A DNA stretch of 64,000 nucleotides, from contig CANRHN010000003.1 in NCBI GenBank assembly GCA_947630425.1, positions 2,824-66,823 on the forward strand. Reading direction: 5' to 3'. This stretch comes from an uncultured Clostridia bacterium. GTDB taxonomy: Bacteria; Bacillota; Clostridia; Christensenellales; CAG-314. A model generated the notes under the pieces. That model did not search any database, had not been told where the DNA came from, and saw only the letters and a program-made list of their open reading frames with translations. Numbering within the stretch: position 1 is the stretch's first letter; the number at the start of each line of letters is the position of its first letter. A program made the translations under genes and the position numbers. Shown here piece after piece: positions 9,476-18,502 of the stretch.

Positions 9476-12400
9476 TGAGAAAAACAGTTATTGCATTGAT
9501 GCTTGTTTTGCCAATGCTGTTTGTTTTGGTTATTTACGGCTCCTTAAGCGTAGTCAGTATTCGCATACCCGTGTCCGTCAGCGGCATACGTATTCTTGCC
9601 GACAACGAAGTGGTAAAAGACGGGGCGTTTCAGATAGACTTTACCGATCAGCAACAACACCGCATCACAGCCGAAGTAGAACCGGCAACGGCTTCCGAAA
9701 AAGGCTACGTGCTTACAAGCGACAACCCAGACGTGCTTACCGTTGGCGAGGACGGAGTGGTAAAGGCGGTGGGCGAAGGTACGGCAAACGTCACAGCCAC
9801 CAGCAAGGACAAAGGCTTTACCGACGTCATTCACGTAGCCGTCTACGCAGGACTGCCCTTTGACGTGCAATTTTCTTTGAAGGACCTCGAAGGAAACCCC
9901 GTTGCCCTTTCCTACAACAGAAGCACTCAAACCTACACAGCCAAGCAGTTGGAGACGGGCAAGTACGTATACGGCGTGGAAGTAAAGGGCGGCAGCTCCA
10001 AGGAATACAAACTTGCGGCGGATGAAGAAAATTCGGCGTTTGTGGAAAACAACGAAAGTCTGTTTTTGCCTTTCGGAGGAGAGGTCGCGTTGACGCTTTC
10101 CGTCAAAGACGCTTTCGACGTCAACACGGGTATGACCAATCAGACGCTTGAACGCCACATCAAGCTGAGTATGAAAAACGTCCTTTCCGAATCGGAAACG
10201 GGCATTGCCGTAAACGGCGTTGCGGACGGCAACACGGTACTCATGGCAAAGGAATCCAAAAAGACGACCATTTACGTGGAGTGCGAGGGAGAGCCGACAG
10301 TCGTAAGCGAAAACGCTCACGGTGGGTGCATTTCGCACGAGCAAACGAGGGCGTCGGGCAATCATCACGTGGTGGAAGTAACGGTAAACGACGGCTTTGA
10401 AGGTAACGAGTTGGAGGCTACGATCAAAGCGGACAGCAAAACCGCAAATCTCACGTTGAGCTTTGCCGACTTCGATTTCCGTTTGAATTCGGACAACCTT
10501 ATCAAACCCAAACAGGGCGGCTTCGAATCGGTGGTGCTGTTAGACACGCCTACCAGATTTTATGCCGTACCGCTGTTGGACGCACGGGACATCACCTACG
10601 ATTGGAAAGTGATTGGAGCAGATCAGACAGTAACCCCCACTGTCGGAGAAAAATCGGAAGTATGCTCAATCGATGCAAAAACCGAGGGCACATTTACCGT
10701 TTCGGTGCAGCCGATGCGCGGCGAAGAAAAAATCGGCGCAGCCAAGACGATAGAGATACATTGCACGAAGAAGGTCAGTTATGTTCTTGTTACAAACTCC
10801 ACCAAGGTGGACCTTGCCGAACGTTACACGGTAGGCGGACAAAAATACTTGCCTTCCGGCTCGTTGGGGGACAACGACAGCTATGAAATACTGAACGTGG
10901 GCATGATGCAGGGCGAAAGCAGCGCCTTCTCTAACGATTGGACACGTATCAAGGTAAAGTCGTCCAACCCCGACATTGCCGATGTGGAAACACGCGAAGG
11001 CAGAGCGTATCTTGTCCCGAAAGGCACGGGTGCGGTAACGATAACCGCCGAGTGGGAGTACAACGAGTGGTTCACTTCTTCCAACGTTGTGGGCAAGCTG
11101 GCTCTCAACGTGGTAAAGGACGCGGTGGAAGTGAACAACTACCCCGACCTCGTAAAGGCGATGGACGCAAAGCTCAAGGTGGTGCTGACCAAAAACATAA
11201 TGCTCGGCACAAATGCCGACGGTAGTCAGATGTCGAAAGCGGCGCGTCAGCAGATTATAGACGAACACCAATATCAATCCACCTACAACACGGTGTTTTA
11301 CGAAACAGACGACAAGCACGACATTAGCAATACCTTTGTAAAGTACGCGTTGGAGTTTACCAACGACGTTTACGGCAACGGATTTAACCTTGACGCGGAG
11401 TACTTTACCAACGAAATGGACGACTCGGGCAAGCCGGAATTATTTACCGGACCATTGGTGTTTGTGGAGTACAAGGGTATTGCCAAGGTGGCGGGACAGG
11501 ACAACATTGCTTACCTCATTCGCACCGACGGGGTAAAGCTGTACGGAGTAAATTTGCTTGGCTGCAGCGACGACTCCCTCAACGACAACGAGGGCAATTA
11601 CGAACTCAACCACCTGAACAACGTGGGTACAACCTTGGAAATCAACGCCGATTGCCAAATTGTCAATTGCCGTATTCGCAACGGACGCAACGTTGTGAGA
11701 GTTTACGGCGGCAACCGTGACGGCAACGCATACCAAGACAAACACTACTTTGTCACGTCCATTCCATCGACGAATTTGAGCGACGAAGAAAGGATTTTGG
11801 TCAACATAGAGGGCTGCATAATCACGCAGGGACGCGAGTTCCTTGTCAAAGTGGGCACAAACAAGGCGTTGCAGGCAGGCTCTTCTCTCGGGCAAGAACC
11901 CGTTTTGAGAGACGCCAACGGTGTTGCATACAAAGAAAACTCCTTCAATGGCAGATCGACCAGCAACAACTACGTAATTGCCGACCAAGACTTTTTCTAC
12001 AATCGTTACGTAATGACGGATCTGACACTTAAAAACAGCGTTTTGGAAACGAGCGGTCTGTTCTGCGTGGGCGTGGAAAGCAATTTCTCGGGGGCGTTGC
12101 TCTACAGCGGTGCGTCCAAATTGACGGGCGATGGGGCAAGTTACGCGCAATTGACCACAACCTGGCGTTCATCGGGAGCAACTTCCTTTGCCTCGATGTT
12201 GAGGCTTGCGGGAGACGTGCGCCTGTACGATTGGAAGGATGTAAGCCAAGTAGACAGCAGCACCCTTATCGAAGCAACGGAAGGCAGCCAATTGAGCGCG
12301 ATGATGAAATTCGACGTTTCCGCAATGCTGCAGGAGGTGGACGGTAAACCCGACTACGCCAATCTGCTGTACAAGGAAAACAACAAAACCTTTGTGCATG

Positions 12401-12696
12401 GCGGCATTGCCTTCTACGGCGGCGGACGCAACTATTCGCAGATTGATTTGTCTCAACTGAACGAGGAGTTTGTCGACCTTACGCACCTTAGCATAAACAT
12501 CGGACAGTTTGCAGGCGCAGAGAACCCCGTGGTTGCGCGACAGGCGCAGTTGCTACCTCTTGCGGCGGGCACTCACGACTTCAACTTCTGGCTGTACCCG
12601 GCGGACAGCACCAACAACTACGCCAAGCAGGTTTCCGACAAAAACAAAAACGTCGGCTACGCAGGCGTGACGAAAGTGCCGCTGTTTGCCGACTGA
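9475..12696 (+). CDS. Large N-terminally anchored surface protein with Big_2 (bacterial Ig-like) domains
   Basis: 1073 aa with one N-terminal TM/signal anchor. Big_2-like segments are YVLTSDNPDVLTVGEDGVVKAVGEGTANVTATS and SSNPDIADVETREGRAYLVPKGTGAVTITAEW. The C-terminal ~500 aa is unassigned. TAATG overlap with the permease gene. Confidence 0.7.
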   Translation: MRKTVIALMLVLPMLFVLVIYGSLSVVSIRIPVSVSGIRILADNEVVKDGAFQIDFTDQQQHRITAEVEPATASEKGYVLTSDNPDVLTVGEDGVVKAVGEGTANVTATSKDKGFTDVIHVAVYAGLPFDVQFSLKDLEGNPVALSYNRSTQTYTAKQLETGKYVYGVEVKGGSSKEYKLAADEENSAFVENNESLFLPFGGEVALTLSVKDAFDVNTGMTNQTLERHIKLSMKNVLSESETGIAVNGVADGNTVLMAKESKKTTIYVECEGEPTVVSENAHGGCISHEQTRASGNHHVVEVTVNDGFEGNELEATIKADSKTANLTLSFADFDFRLNSDNLIKPKQGGFESVVLLDTPTRFYAVPLLDARDITYDWKVIGADQTVTPTVGEKSEVCSIDAKTEGTFTVSVQPMRGEEKIGAAKTIEIHCTKKVSYVLVTNSTKVDLAERYTVGGQKYLPSGSLGDNDSYEILNVGMMQGESSAFSNDWTRIKVKSSNPDIADVETREGRAYLVPKGTGAVTITAEWEYNEWFTSSNVVGKLALNVVKDAVEVNNYPDLVKAMDAKLKVVLTKNIMLGTNADGSQMSKAARQQIIDEHQYQSTYNTVFYETDDKHDISNTFVKYALEFTNDVYGNGFNLDAEYFTNEMDDSGKPELFTGPLVFVEYKGIAKVAGQDNIAYLIRTDGVKLYGVNLLGCSDDSLNDNEGNYELNHLNNVGTTLEINADCQIVNCRIRNGRNVVRVYGGNRDGNAYQDKHYFVTSIPSTNLSDEERILVNIEGCIITQGREFLVKVGTNKALQAGSSLGQEPVLRDANGVAYKENSFNGRSTSNNYVIADQDFFYNRYVMTDLTLKNSVLETSGLFCVGVESNFSGALLYSGASKLTGDGASYAQLTTTWRSSGATSFASMLRLAGDVRLYDWKDVSQVDSSTLIEATEGSQLSAMMKFDVSAMLQEVDGKPDYANLLYKENNKTFVHGGIAFYGGGRNYSQIDLSQLNEEFVDLTHLSINIGQFAGAENPVVARQAQLLPLAAGTHDFNFWLYPADSTNNYAKQVSDKNKNVGYAGVTKVPLFAD

Positions 12697-12799
12697 CGCA
12701 CATTCCCCAAAACGCGGATTGCGACAAACGTAAAACTCGCATAGCCAATCGGCTCAAGCGAAGTAACCCGAGGCGCAGATATTCTCAACAGGAGTTGGC

Positions 12800-13651
12800 A
12801 TGATCAAGACATCTATAAGATTTTTTGAAGACATTCCGGTAAGAGCCGTCTGGAATAACGAGGATTCCAAATGGTGGTTTTGCGCCGTTGATATAGCCGA
12901 GGCACTCACTAAGAGTAAAAACCCGCGCTCCTATTGGAACACGTTGAAGCGTCGCCACAATGAGTTGTCGACAATTTGTCGACAACTCAAACTTGTTGCG
13001 CGGGACGGCAAAGCATATCTTACCGACGTGGTGGAAGCAGGCGGCGTCAACACGGTTGTTGCGCTCATTCCCGTAAAAAATCGTGAAAATTTTGTACGTT
13101 GGCTCTCGGGTATAGGCAGAACTATTGATGAAAAAAGCAAGCAAAAAGCATACGAGCTGTTTGAAAGCGGCTTGATCGGAGAAATAGAGGTTGGAACGGT
13201 CAGGGGCTTGCAGCAGATTCACGGCTACATTTTCGGCGGATTATTTGACTTTGCGGGGCAAATCCGCGGTTTGAACATTGCCAAAGGCGGCTTTGCGTTT
13301 GCACCGGCAATGTACTTAAAAGAAAATCTTGCGCTCATCGAGAAGATGCCCGAAAACACCCTTGACGATATTGTCAAAAAATATGTTGAAATGAACATTG
13401 CGCACCCGTTTATGGAAGGTAACGGGCGCAGTATGCGTATTTGGCTCGACCTTATTTTGAAAAAGAATTTACACAAATGCGTCGATTGGAGCAAAATCGA
13501 CAAGCGCGCCTATCTTGACGCTATGCGAAAAAGCCCCGTTGACACGTCGGACATTTTTCGGCTCATCGACAACGCGCTGACAGAGAAAATCGACGACCGC
13601 GAATTGTTTATGAAAGGCATTGATTACTCCTATTACTACGAGGAAGAATAA
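12800..13651 (+). CDS. Fic-family protein: Bro-N-like N-terminal domain fused to a class III (NmFic-like) Fic AMP-transferase domain
   Basis: Fic motif [12 protein letters not shown]. The core ([38 protein letters not shown] ... [10 protein letters not shown]) closely resembles Neisseria NmFic as I remember it. A C-terminal SYYYEE sits in the position of the inhibitory SxxxE(G/N) helix. The N-terminal ~115 aa ([28 protein letters not shown]) looks like a Bro-N/antirepressor-type domain. Confidence 0.8.
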   Translation: MIKTSIRFFEDIPVRAVWNNEDSKWWFCAVDIAEALTKSKNPRSYWNTLKRRHNELSTICRQLKLVARDGKAYLTDVVEAGGVNTVVALIPVKNRENFVRWLSGIGRTIDEKSKQKAYELFESGLIGEIEVGTVRGLQQIHGYIFGGLFDFAGQIRGLNIAKGGFAFAPAMYLKENLALIEKMPENTLDDIVKKYVEMNIAHPFMEGNGRSMRIWLDLILKKNLHKCVDWSKIDKRAYLDAMRKSPVDTSDIFRLIDNALTEKIDDRELFMKGIDYSYYYEEE

Positions 13652-13762
13652 AAACATATTTTTGCCGTTATATTTGACGATCAGCACGTTTTTTGCTTAA
13701 GTTACTTTTGTTGATATCTTACAATATAAACAAAACAAATAAAACCGTTTCGGCGCAGATTC

Positions 13763-13791
13763 TTGACAAGCGTTCTTGTCGGTGGTACAAT
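13763..13791 (+). promoter_or_regulatory. Putative promoter of the SAM riboswitch-metK unit
   Basis: TTGACA (13763-13768), 17 nt, TACAAT (13786-13791). Confidence 0.6.
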
Positions 13792-13800
13792 ACAAACAAG

Positions 13801-13950
13801 CCTATCGAGAGTGACGGAGAGACGGACTCGGTGAAGTCACAGCAACCTAAAAATTTTTACGGTTAGGTGCTAAATTCCGCGACAACAGTCGAAAGATGGG
13901 ACGGCGAATGGGGTTTTGCGCGTCTTGTCTGTTGGCAAGACGTTCTTTTT
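13801..13950 (+). promoter_or_regulatory. SAM-I (S-box) riboswitch with terminator expression platform
   Basis: CTATCGAGAGTGACGGAGAGACGGACTCGGTGAAGTCACAGCAACC ... GGTGCTAAATTCCGCGAC ... GAAAGATGGG matches the S-box core. Terminator CGTCTTG-loop-CAAGACG plus TTCTTTTT at 13921-13950. Directly upstream of metK. Confidence 0.85.
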
Positions 13951-13990
13951 GGTAAAAACCCGTTGGCGCGATAGGTAAAAAGGAGAACCT

Positions 13991-15172
13991 ATGAAGAACA
14001 CAAGACACAGATTTTTTACTTCCGAAAGCGTGACAGAGGGACATCCCGACAAAATGTGCGACCAAATTTCCGACGCCATTTTGGACGCCATACTTGCGCT
14101 TGACCCCGACGCGCGCGTTGCGTGCGAAACGGTCGTGTGTACGGGTACGGTGTTTGTGATGGGACAAATAACCACAACCGCCGTGGTGGACTACGCAAAA
14201 ATAGTGCGCGACACCGTTCGCGACATAGGCTACACTCGCGCCAAGTACGGCTTCGACGCGGACAGCTGCGGCGTCATCATCTCGCTTGACAAACAATCTC
14301 CCGACATTGCCCTCGGCGTGGACCGTTCGGACGAGTACCGCGACCGCGGCGAATTGTTGGATCTGTACGGCGCGGGCGACCAAGGAATGATGTTCGGCTA
14401 TGCGTGCAACGAAACGCCGGAATATATGCCAATGGCAATTATGCTTGCGCAAAAAATCAGCCGCAGGCTTGCCGAGGTGCGCAAGACGGGCGTGTTGGAC
14501 TACCTTCGTCCCGACGGAAAGTGTCAGGTGACGGTGGAGTACGACGGCGACAAGCCCTACCGCGTTGACACGATAGTTTTGAGTACTCAGCACGGACCGG
14601 ACGTAGACAGCGCAACCATTGCCCGCGACATGATAAACGAAGTTATACGCAAGGTTGTTCCGCTGGAGCTGTTGGACGATCAAACCAAGTACTACATCAA
14701 CCCCACGGGACGTTTTGAAATAGGCGGACCCGCGGCGGACAGCGGCTTGACGGGGCGCAAAATCATTGTTGACACCTACGGCGGCTACTGCGCGCACGGC
14801 GGCGGAGCTTTCAGCGGCAAAGATCCCACCAAAGTGGACCGTTCCGCCACCTACATGGCGCGTTATATATGCAAAAACATCGTTGCGGCAGGCATTGCGG
14901 ACAGAATACAGCTGCAAGTCAGCTACGCTATCGGTCGCAGCAAGCCCGTCAGTATCGACGTCAACACCTTCGGCACGGGCAAAATAAACGATTTTGCTCT
15001 TTCGGAAATCATTTCCGAAGAGTTTGACCTTCGCCCCCGTGCAATAATAGACAAATTTCACCTTCAACAGCCCGTTTACAAAGCGACGGCAAGCTACGGT
15101 CACTTTGGCAGAGAAGAATTTGCTTGGGAACAGCTTGACAAGGTGGACGACCTCAAAAAATATATCCATTAG
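13991..15172 (+). CDS. metK: S-adenosylmethionine synthetase
   Basis: 393 aa. [37 protein letters not shown] and [16 protein letters not shown] are MetK signatures. Confidence 0.97.
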   Translation: MKNTRHRFFTSESVTEGHPDKMCDQISDAILDAILALDPDARVACETVVCTGTVFVMGQITTTAVVDYAKIVRDTVRDIGYTRAKYGFDADSCGVIISLDKQSPDIALGVDRSDEYRDRGELLDLYGAGDQGMMFGYACNETPEYMPMAIMLAQKISRRLAEVRKTGVLDYLRPDGKCQVTVEYDGDKPYRVDTIVLSTQHGPDVDSATIARDMINEVIRKVVPLELLDDQTKYYINPTGRFEIGGPAADSGLTGRKIIVDTYGGYCAHGGGAFSGKDPTKVDRSATYMARYICKNIVAAGIADRIQLQVSYAIGRSKPVSIDVNTFGTGKINDFALSEIISEEFDLRPRAIIDKFHLQQPVYKATASYGHFGREEFAWEQLDKVDDLKKYIH

Positions 15173-15181
15173 GAGGCAGCT

Positions 15182-17452
15182 TTGGAACTTACCGCAAAAG
15201 GCACTGTTTCGGCTATCGTTTTCCGAAACGAAGAAAACGGCTACACCGTACTAAACCTCGAAACCACCGACGGAGACAATCTTACCTGCGTCGGCAATTT
15301 TCCCGCGCTGTCGGTGGGTGCTGTTTTGAACGTTTCGGGCAAGGTGACGGTACACAATCGTTACGGCGAACAGCTTTGCGTGGAGAGTTACACGGTATGC
15401 GATCCCACCTCGCGCGCGGGCATTGTCAAATACCTGAGCAGCGGTCTTATAAAGGGCGTAGGAGAGGTGACGGCAAACAACATCTACAACATGTTCGGTA
15501 ACGACACGTTCGGAGTTATCGAACACAACCCAATGCTGCTTTCCAACGTCAAAGGCATTTCCAAAAAAAAGGCAATGGACATTGCCAATGCCGTTGCCGA
15601 GCTAAAGCAAATGCAGGAACAAATAATGTTTTTGCAAAGCTACGGCATAACGGTCAATCTGGCGGTAAAAATTTTCAACATCTACAAAACTCAGACCAAG
15701 GCTTTGGTGCTTGACAACCCCTACCGATTGATAGACGACGTGGATGGGGTGGGATTTTTGACGGCGGACAAGATTGCTCAAAGCATGGGAGTCGAGCCTG
15801 TAAGCGAATTTCGCGTCAGGGCGGCAATTGTGTTTCAGCTGAAGGAATCCGCCGAAAAGCAGGGCAACACCTACTTGGTACTCAACGACCTTCTGAGTTC
15901 CTGCTCCGATTTGCTGGGCGTGGACCTTACCCAACACGGGCAGCTGGTGGAGGACACTCTGACAAAGCTTGTGTTAGAGCCTGCCGTAAAGCTGTTTGAG
16001 GTGGAAGGGGAGCGGTGCATTGCGCTTTTAAGGTACTACAAGCTGGAAAAAGCCATTGCCGCACGGTTGATTACCCTCAACCGCGACGCGCGCCGTATTC
16101 TTGTGGACGCAGACAGCCTTATCGGGCAGTTTGAAAGGGTCAACGGAATTTCCTTCCACGCGGGACAGCTCGGCGCAGTAAAATCGGCTCTTATAAACGG
16201 CGTAACCGTCATCACGGGCGGACCGGGAACGGGCAAAACGACGATAATCAAATGTATAGCGGAAATTTTGACGTCGCACGGAATGCGTCTGGAATTTTGC
16301 GCGCCCACAGGCAGAGCGGCAAAGCGTTTGTCCCAATCCACGGGCAGCGACGCCAAAACCATTCACCGTTTGTTGGGCTTTGAGGCGCACGGAGACAAAA
16401 TGCAGTTCAAGTACAACCGCAACAACACTCTCCCGTGCGACGTGGTGATTGTGGACGAGCTTTCCATGGTGGACGCTTCCGTCATGTACAGTCTGCTTTC
16501 CGCATTGGAAAACGGCACGCGATTGGTGCTTGTCGGGGACAAAGACCAATTGCCGAGCGTGGGCGCGGGCAACGTGCTTGCCGACATAATCCGCAGCGGG
16601 GTGATAGAGATCCGCTACCTTACGCACATCTATCGGCAGTCGGAGGACAGCCTTATTGTCACCAACGCCCACCTCATAAACCACGGCAAAATGCCGGAAA
16701 TCAACAACAGAAGCCGCGACTTTTTTGTGATGAATTTCAGCGATTTTCAGCAGGTGTCGGACACCGTTGTGGAGTTGGTCACGTCGCGTTTGCCAAAATT
16801 TACGGGGTTGCCCTCGTCGGAAATTCAAGTTTTGGGCGCGTTGAAAAGCGGCGTTGCGGGGGTGGAAAACCTCAATTTGCGTTTGCAGCAGGCACTCAAT
16901 CCGCGCATTTACGGCAAAAACGAAATCAACGTGGGACGTAACGTGTTGCGCGAGGGGGACAGGGTGATGCAAACCGTCAACAACTACGACCTTCCGTTTG
17001 TGCGTTTCGAAGAAGACGGAACTTTGTCGGACGGCACGGGCGTGTTCAACGGCGACATAGGCTTTGTGCGCCGCATAGACCGCTCCAACGGTATTATGGA
17101 AGTGCAGTTTGACGACAATCGTATCGCCACCTACACCGAGCAGGAATTGACGGATCTGCAGCTTGCCTACGCGGTGACCATTCACAAAAGTCAGGGCAGC
17201 GAGTTCGAGGTGGTAGTTGTGCCCCTCGTCAGCGGACCGCCCACCATAATCAACAAAAACCTGCTGTACACGGCAATCACGCGCGCCAAGCGGGCGGTGG
17301 TGCTGGTGGGCAGCAAAAAGGTGCTTGCCATGATGGTACACAACAACTACGTTGCGGCGCGCACAACCAATCTTTGCAGATTTTTGCAGGAAGAAAACGC
17401 CGTGATACAGCGGTTTTTCGGGAACGGAACAAAATCAAGCGATGAAGAATAG
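15182..17452 (+). CDS. recD2: ATP-dependent RecD-like DNA helicase (RecD2 family)
   Basis: 756 aa. Walker A GGPGTGKTT, helix-hairpin-helix region, C-terminal AYAVTIHKSQGSEF motif. TTG start 5 nt after AGGAGG. Confidence 0.9.
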   Translation: MELTAKGTVSAIVFRNEENGYTVLNLETTDGDNLTCVGNFPALSVGAVLNVSGKVTVHNRYGEQLCVESYTVCDPTSRAGIVKYLSSGLIKGVGEVTANNIYNMFGNDTFGVIEHNPMLLSNVKGISKKKAMDIANAVAELKQMQEQIMFLQSYGITVNLAVKIFNIYKTQTKALVLDNPYRLIDDVDGVGFLTADKIAQSMGVEPVSEFRVRAAIVFQLKESAEKQGNTYLVLNDLLSSCSDLLGVDLTQHGQLVEDTLTKLVLEPAVKLFEVEGERCIALLRYYKLEKAIAARLITLNRDARRILVDADSLIGQFERVNGISFHAGQLGAVKSALINGVTVITGGPGTGKTTIIKCIAEILTSHGMRLEFCAPTGRAAKRLSQSTGSDAKTIHRLLGFEAHGDKMQFKYNRNNTLPCDVVIVDELSMVDASVMYSLLSALENGTRLVLVGDKDQLPSVGAGNVLADIIRSGVIEIRYLTHIYRQSEDSLIVTNAHLINHGKMPEINNRSRDFFVMNFSDFQQVSDTVVELVTSRLPKFTGLPSSEIQVLGALKSGVAGVENLNLRLQQALNPRIYGKNEINVGRNVLREGDRVMQTVNNYDLPFVRFEEDGTLSDGTGVFNGDIGFVRRIDRSNGIMEVQFDDNRIATYTEQELTDLQLAYAVTIHKSQGSEFEVVVVPLVSGPPTIINKNLLYTAITRAKRAVVLVGSKKVLAMMVHNNYVAARTTNLCRFLQEENAVIQRFFGNGTKSSDEE

Positions 17453-18191
17453 ACGTTTTATCAACGCCGCCACGGAGCTGATCGCGCCCGTAAATTTCAG
17501 ATGTATCGTTTGCGGCAAGGATATATTCGACGAATCGGGCTTTTGCGCCGATTGTCTGAAGGAGCTTGTTTTCAACAACGGCAAAACCTGTTTGCGGTGC
17601 GGCGTGGCGTTGGACGGCGAGGAGGACTACTGCGGCAATTGCGCCTTTGACAAAACCTATTTCGACAAAGGCTACTCGCCTTTTTGTTACGAGGGAGCGA
17701 TCCGAAGCGTAATTTTGGACCTCAAATTCCACCAAAAGGGCGCGTATGCACGGGTGCTTGCCAAGTACCTTGCGTTTGTCGCGCTCAAGGAAAATTTGCA
17801 ATTTGACGTCGTTACTTTCGTACCCATGTCGGCAAAAAGTCTGAAAAAGCGTGGTTATAATCAAGCGCGGTTGCTTGCCGAGCAATTTTGTGATATACTG
17901 AACGTTGACGCGCTTTGCGAAACGGTAGTAAAGATACGCGACACTCAACCGCAGGAAAAGCTTTCCCGAACGGAGCGAAAAACCAACCTTACGGGCTGTT
18001 TTCGGTTCAGTCCGCAAGCCAACGTCAAGGGCAAGCGCGTTTTGCTGATTGACGACATAAAAACCACGGGCGCAACCGTCAACGAATGTGCCAAGGTTCT
18101 GAAACGACACGGAGCGACTTCCGTCATTGCTTTGACCGTCGCTTCCCGCAGAGAAAAATTCGATTACGAAAACGAACAGGAGAATTTATGA
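17442..18191 (+). CDS. comFC: ComF family protein (ComFC-like phosphoribosyltransferase-domain protein)
   Basis: 249 aa. N-terminal Cys-rich zinc-finger-like CxxC pairs and a C-terminal PRT motif VLLIDDIKTTGAT. Overlaps the recD2 end. Confidence 0.88.
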   Translation: MKNRRFINAATELIAPVNFRCIVCGKDIFDESGFCADCLKELVFNNGKTCLRCGVALDGEEDYCGNCAFDKTYFDKGYSPFCYEGAIRSVILDLKFHQKGAYARVLAKYLAFVALKENLQFDVVTFVPMSAKSLKKRGYNQARLLAEQFCDILNVDALCETVVKIRDTQPQEKLSRTERKTNLTGCFRFSPQANVKGKRVLLIDDIKTTGATVNECAKVLKRHGATSVIALTVASRREKFDYENEQENL

Positions 18192-18295
18192 AAAAAAACA
18201 GCAAATTAAGCATAAGAGCAACTATAGCAATGCTCACTTTGATTGTGTCGTTGATGGCAACCGTTATAGCAATGGCTTTGCATGTATTTTCTTAG
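18188..18295 (+). CDS. Small hydrophobic protein (35 aa, one TM)
   Basis: MKKNSKLSIRATIAMLTLIVSLMATVIAMALHVFS. AGGAG 5 nt upstream, ATGA overlap with the comFC stop. Sits in a visibly AT-rich islet. The ORF-track start at 18086 lies inside comFC and is unlikely. Confidence 0.5.
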   Translation: MKKNSKLSIRATIAMLTLIVSLMATVIAMALHVFS

Positions 18296-18304
18296 GGGCG
18301 AATT

Positions 18305-18487
18305 ATGAAATATTCTCTTAAACTAATTATACTAAGTTTAATTATGGCAATAGGAATTACTTGTGCAACCATTATATGGCTTATAAAATCCACTTCAGTA
18401 GTTTTTTATGTGGCATTAGGTATAAATTTAATTGCCATAGGAGTCATAGTAGTATGTTTAATATTTGAAGTTAAACATAATAAATAA
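18305..18487 (+). CDS. Small membrane protein (60 aa, two TM)
   Basis: MKYSLKLIILSLIMAIGITCATIIWLIKSTSVVFYVALGINLIAIGVIVVCLIFEVKHNK, with an AGGGG RBS-like sequence upstream. AT-rich compared with its neighbours. Confidence 0.5.
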   Translation: MKYSLKLIILSLIMAIGITCATIIWLIKSTSVVFYVALGINLIAIGVIVVCLIFEVKHNK

Positions 18488-18502
18488 TTTCAGGAGTAGA
18501 CT

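Noticed and set aside
12772-13760. GGCGCAGAT direct repeat at both borders of the Fic gene as a target-site duplication
   Set aside because: Only 9 identical bases plus a few more. A match of this length near both borders is not very improbable by chance (my rough estimate is a few percent). Kept only as a remark within the Fic finding.
18192-18502. raiA-motif RNA or hpf gene between comFC and secA
   Set aside because: The interval is AT-rich with two small ORFs. It has no GC-rich multi-stem structure and no Hpf-like ORF.
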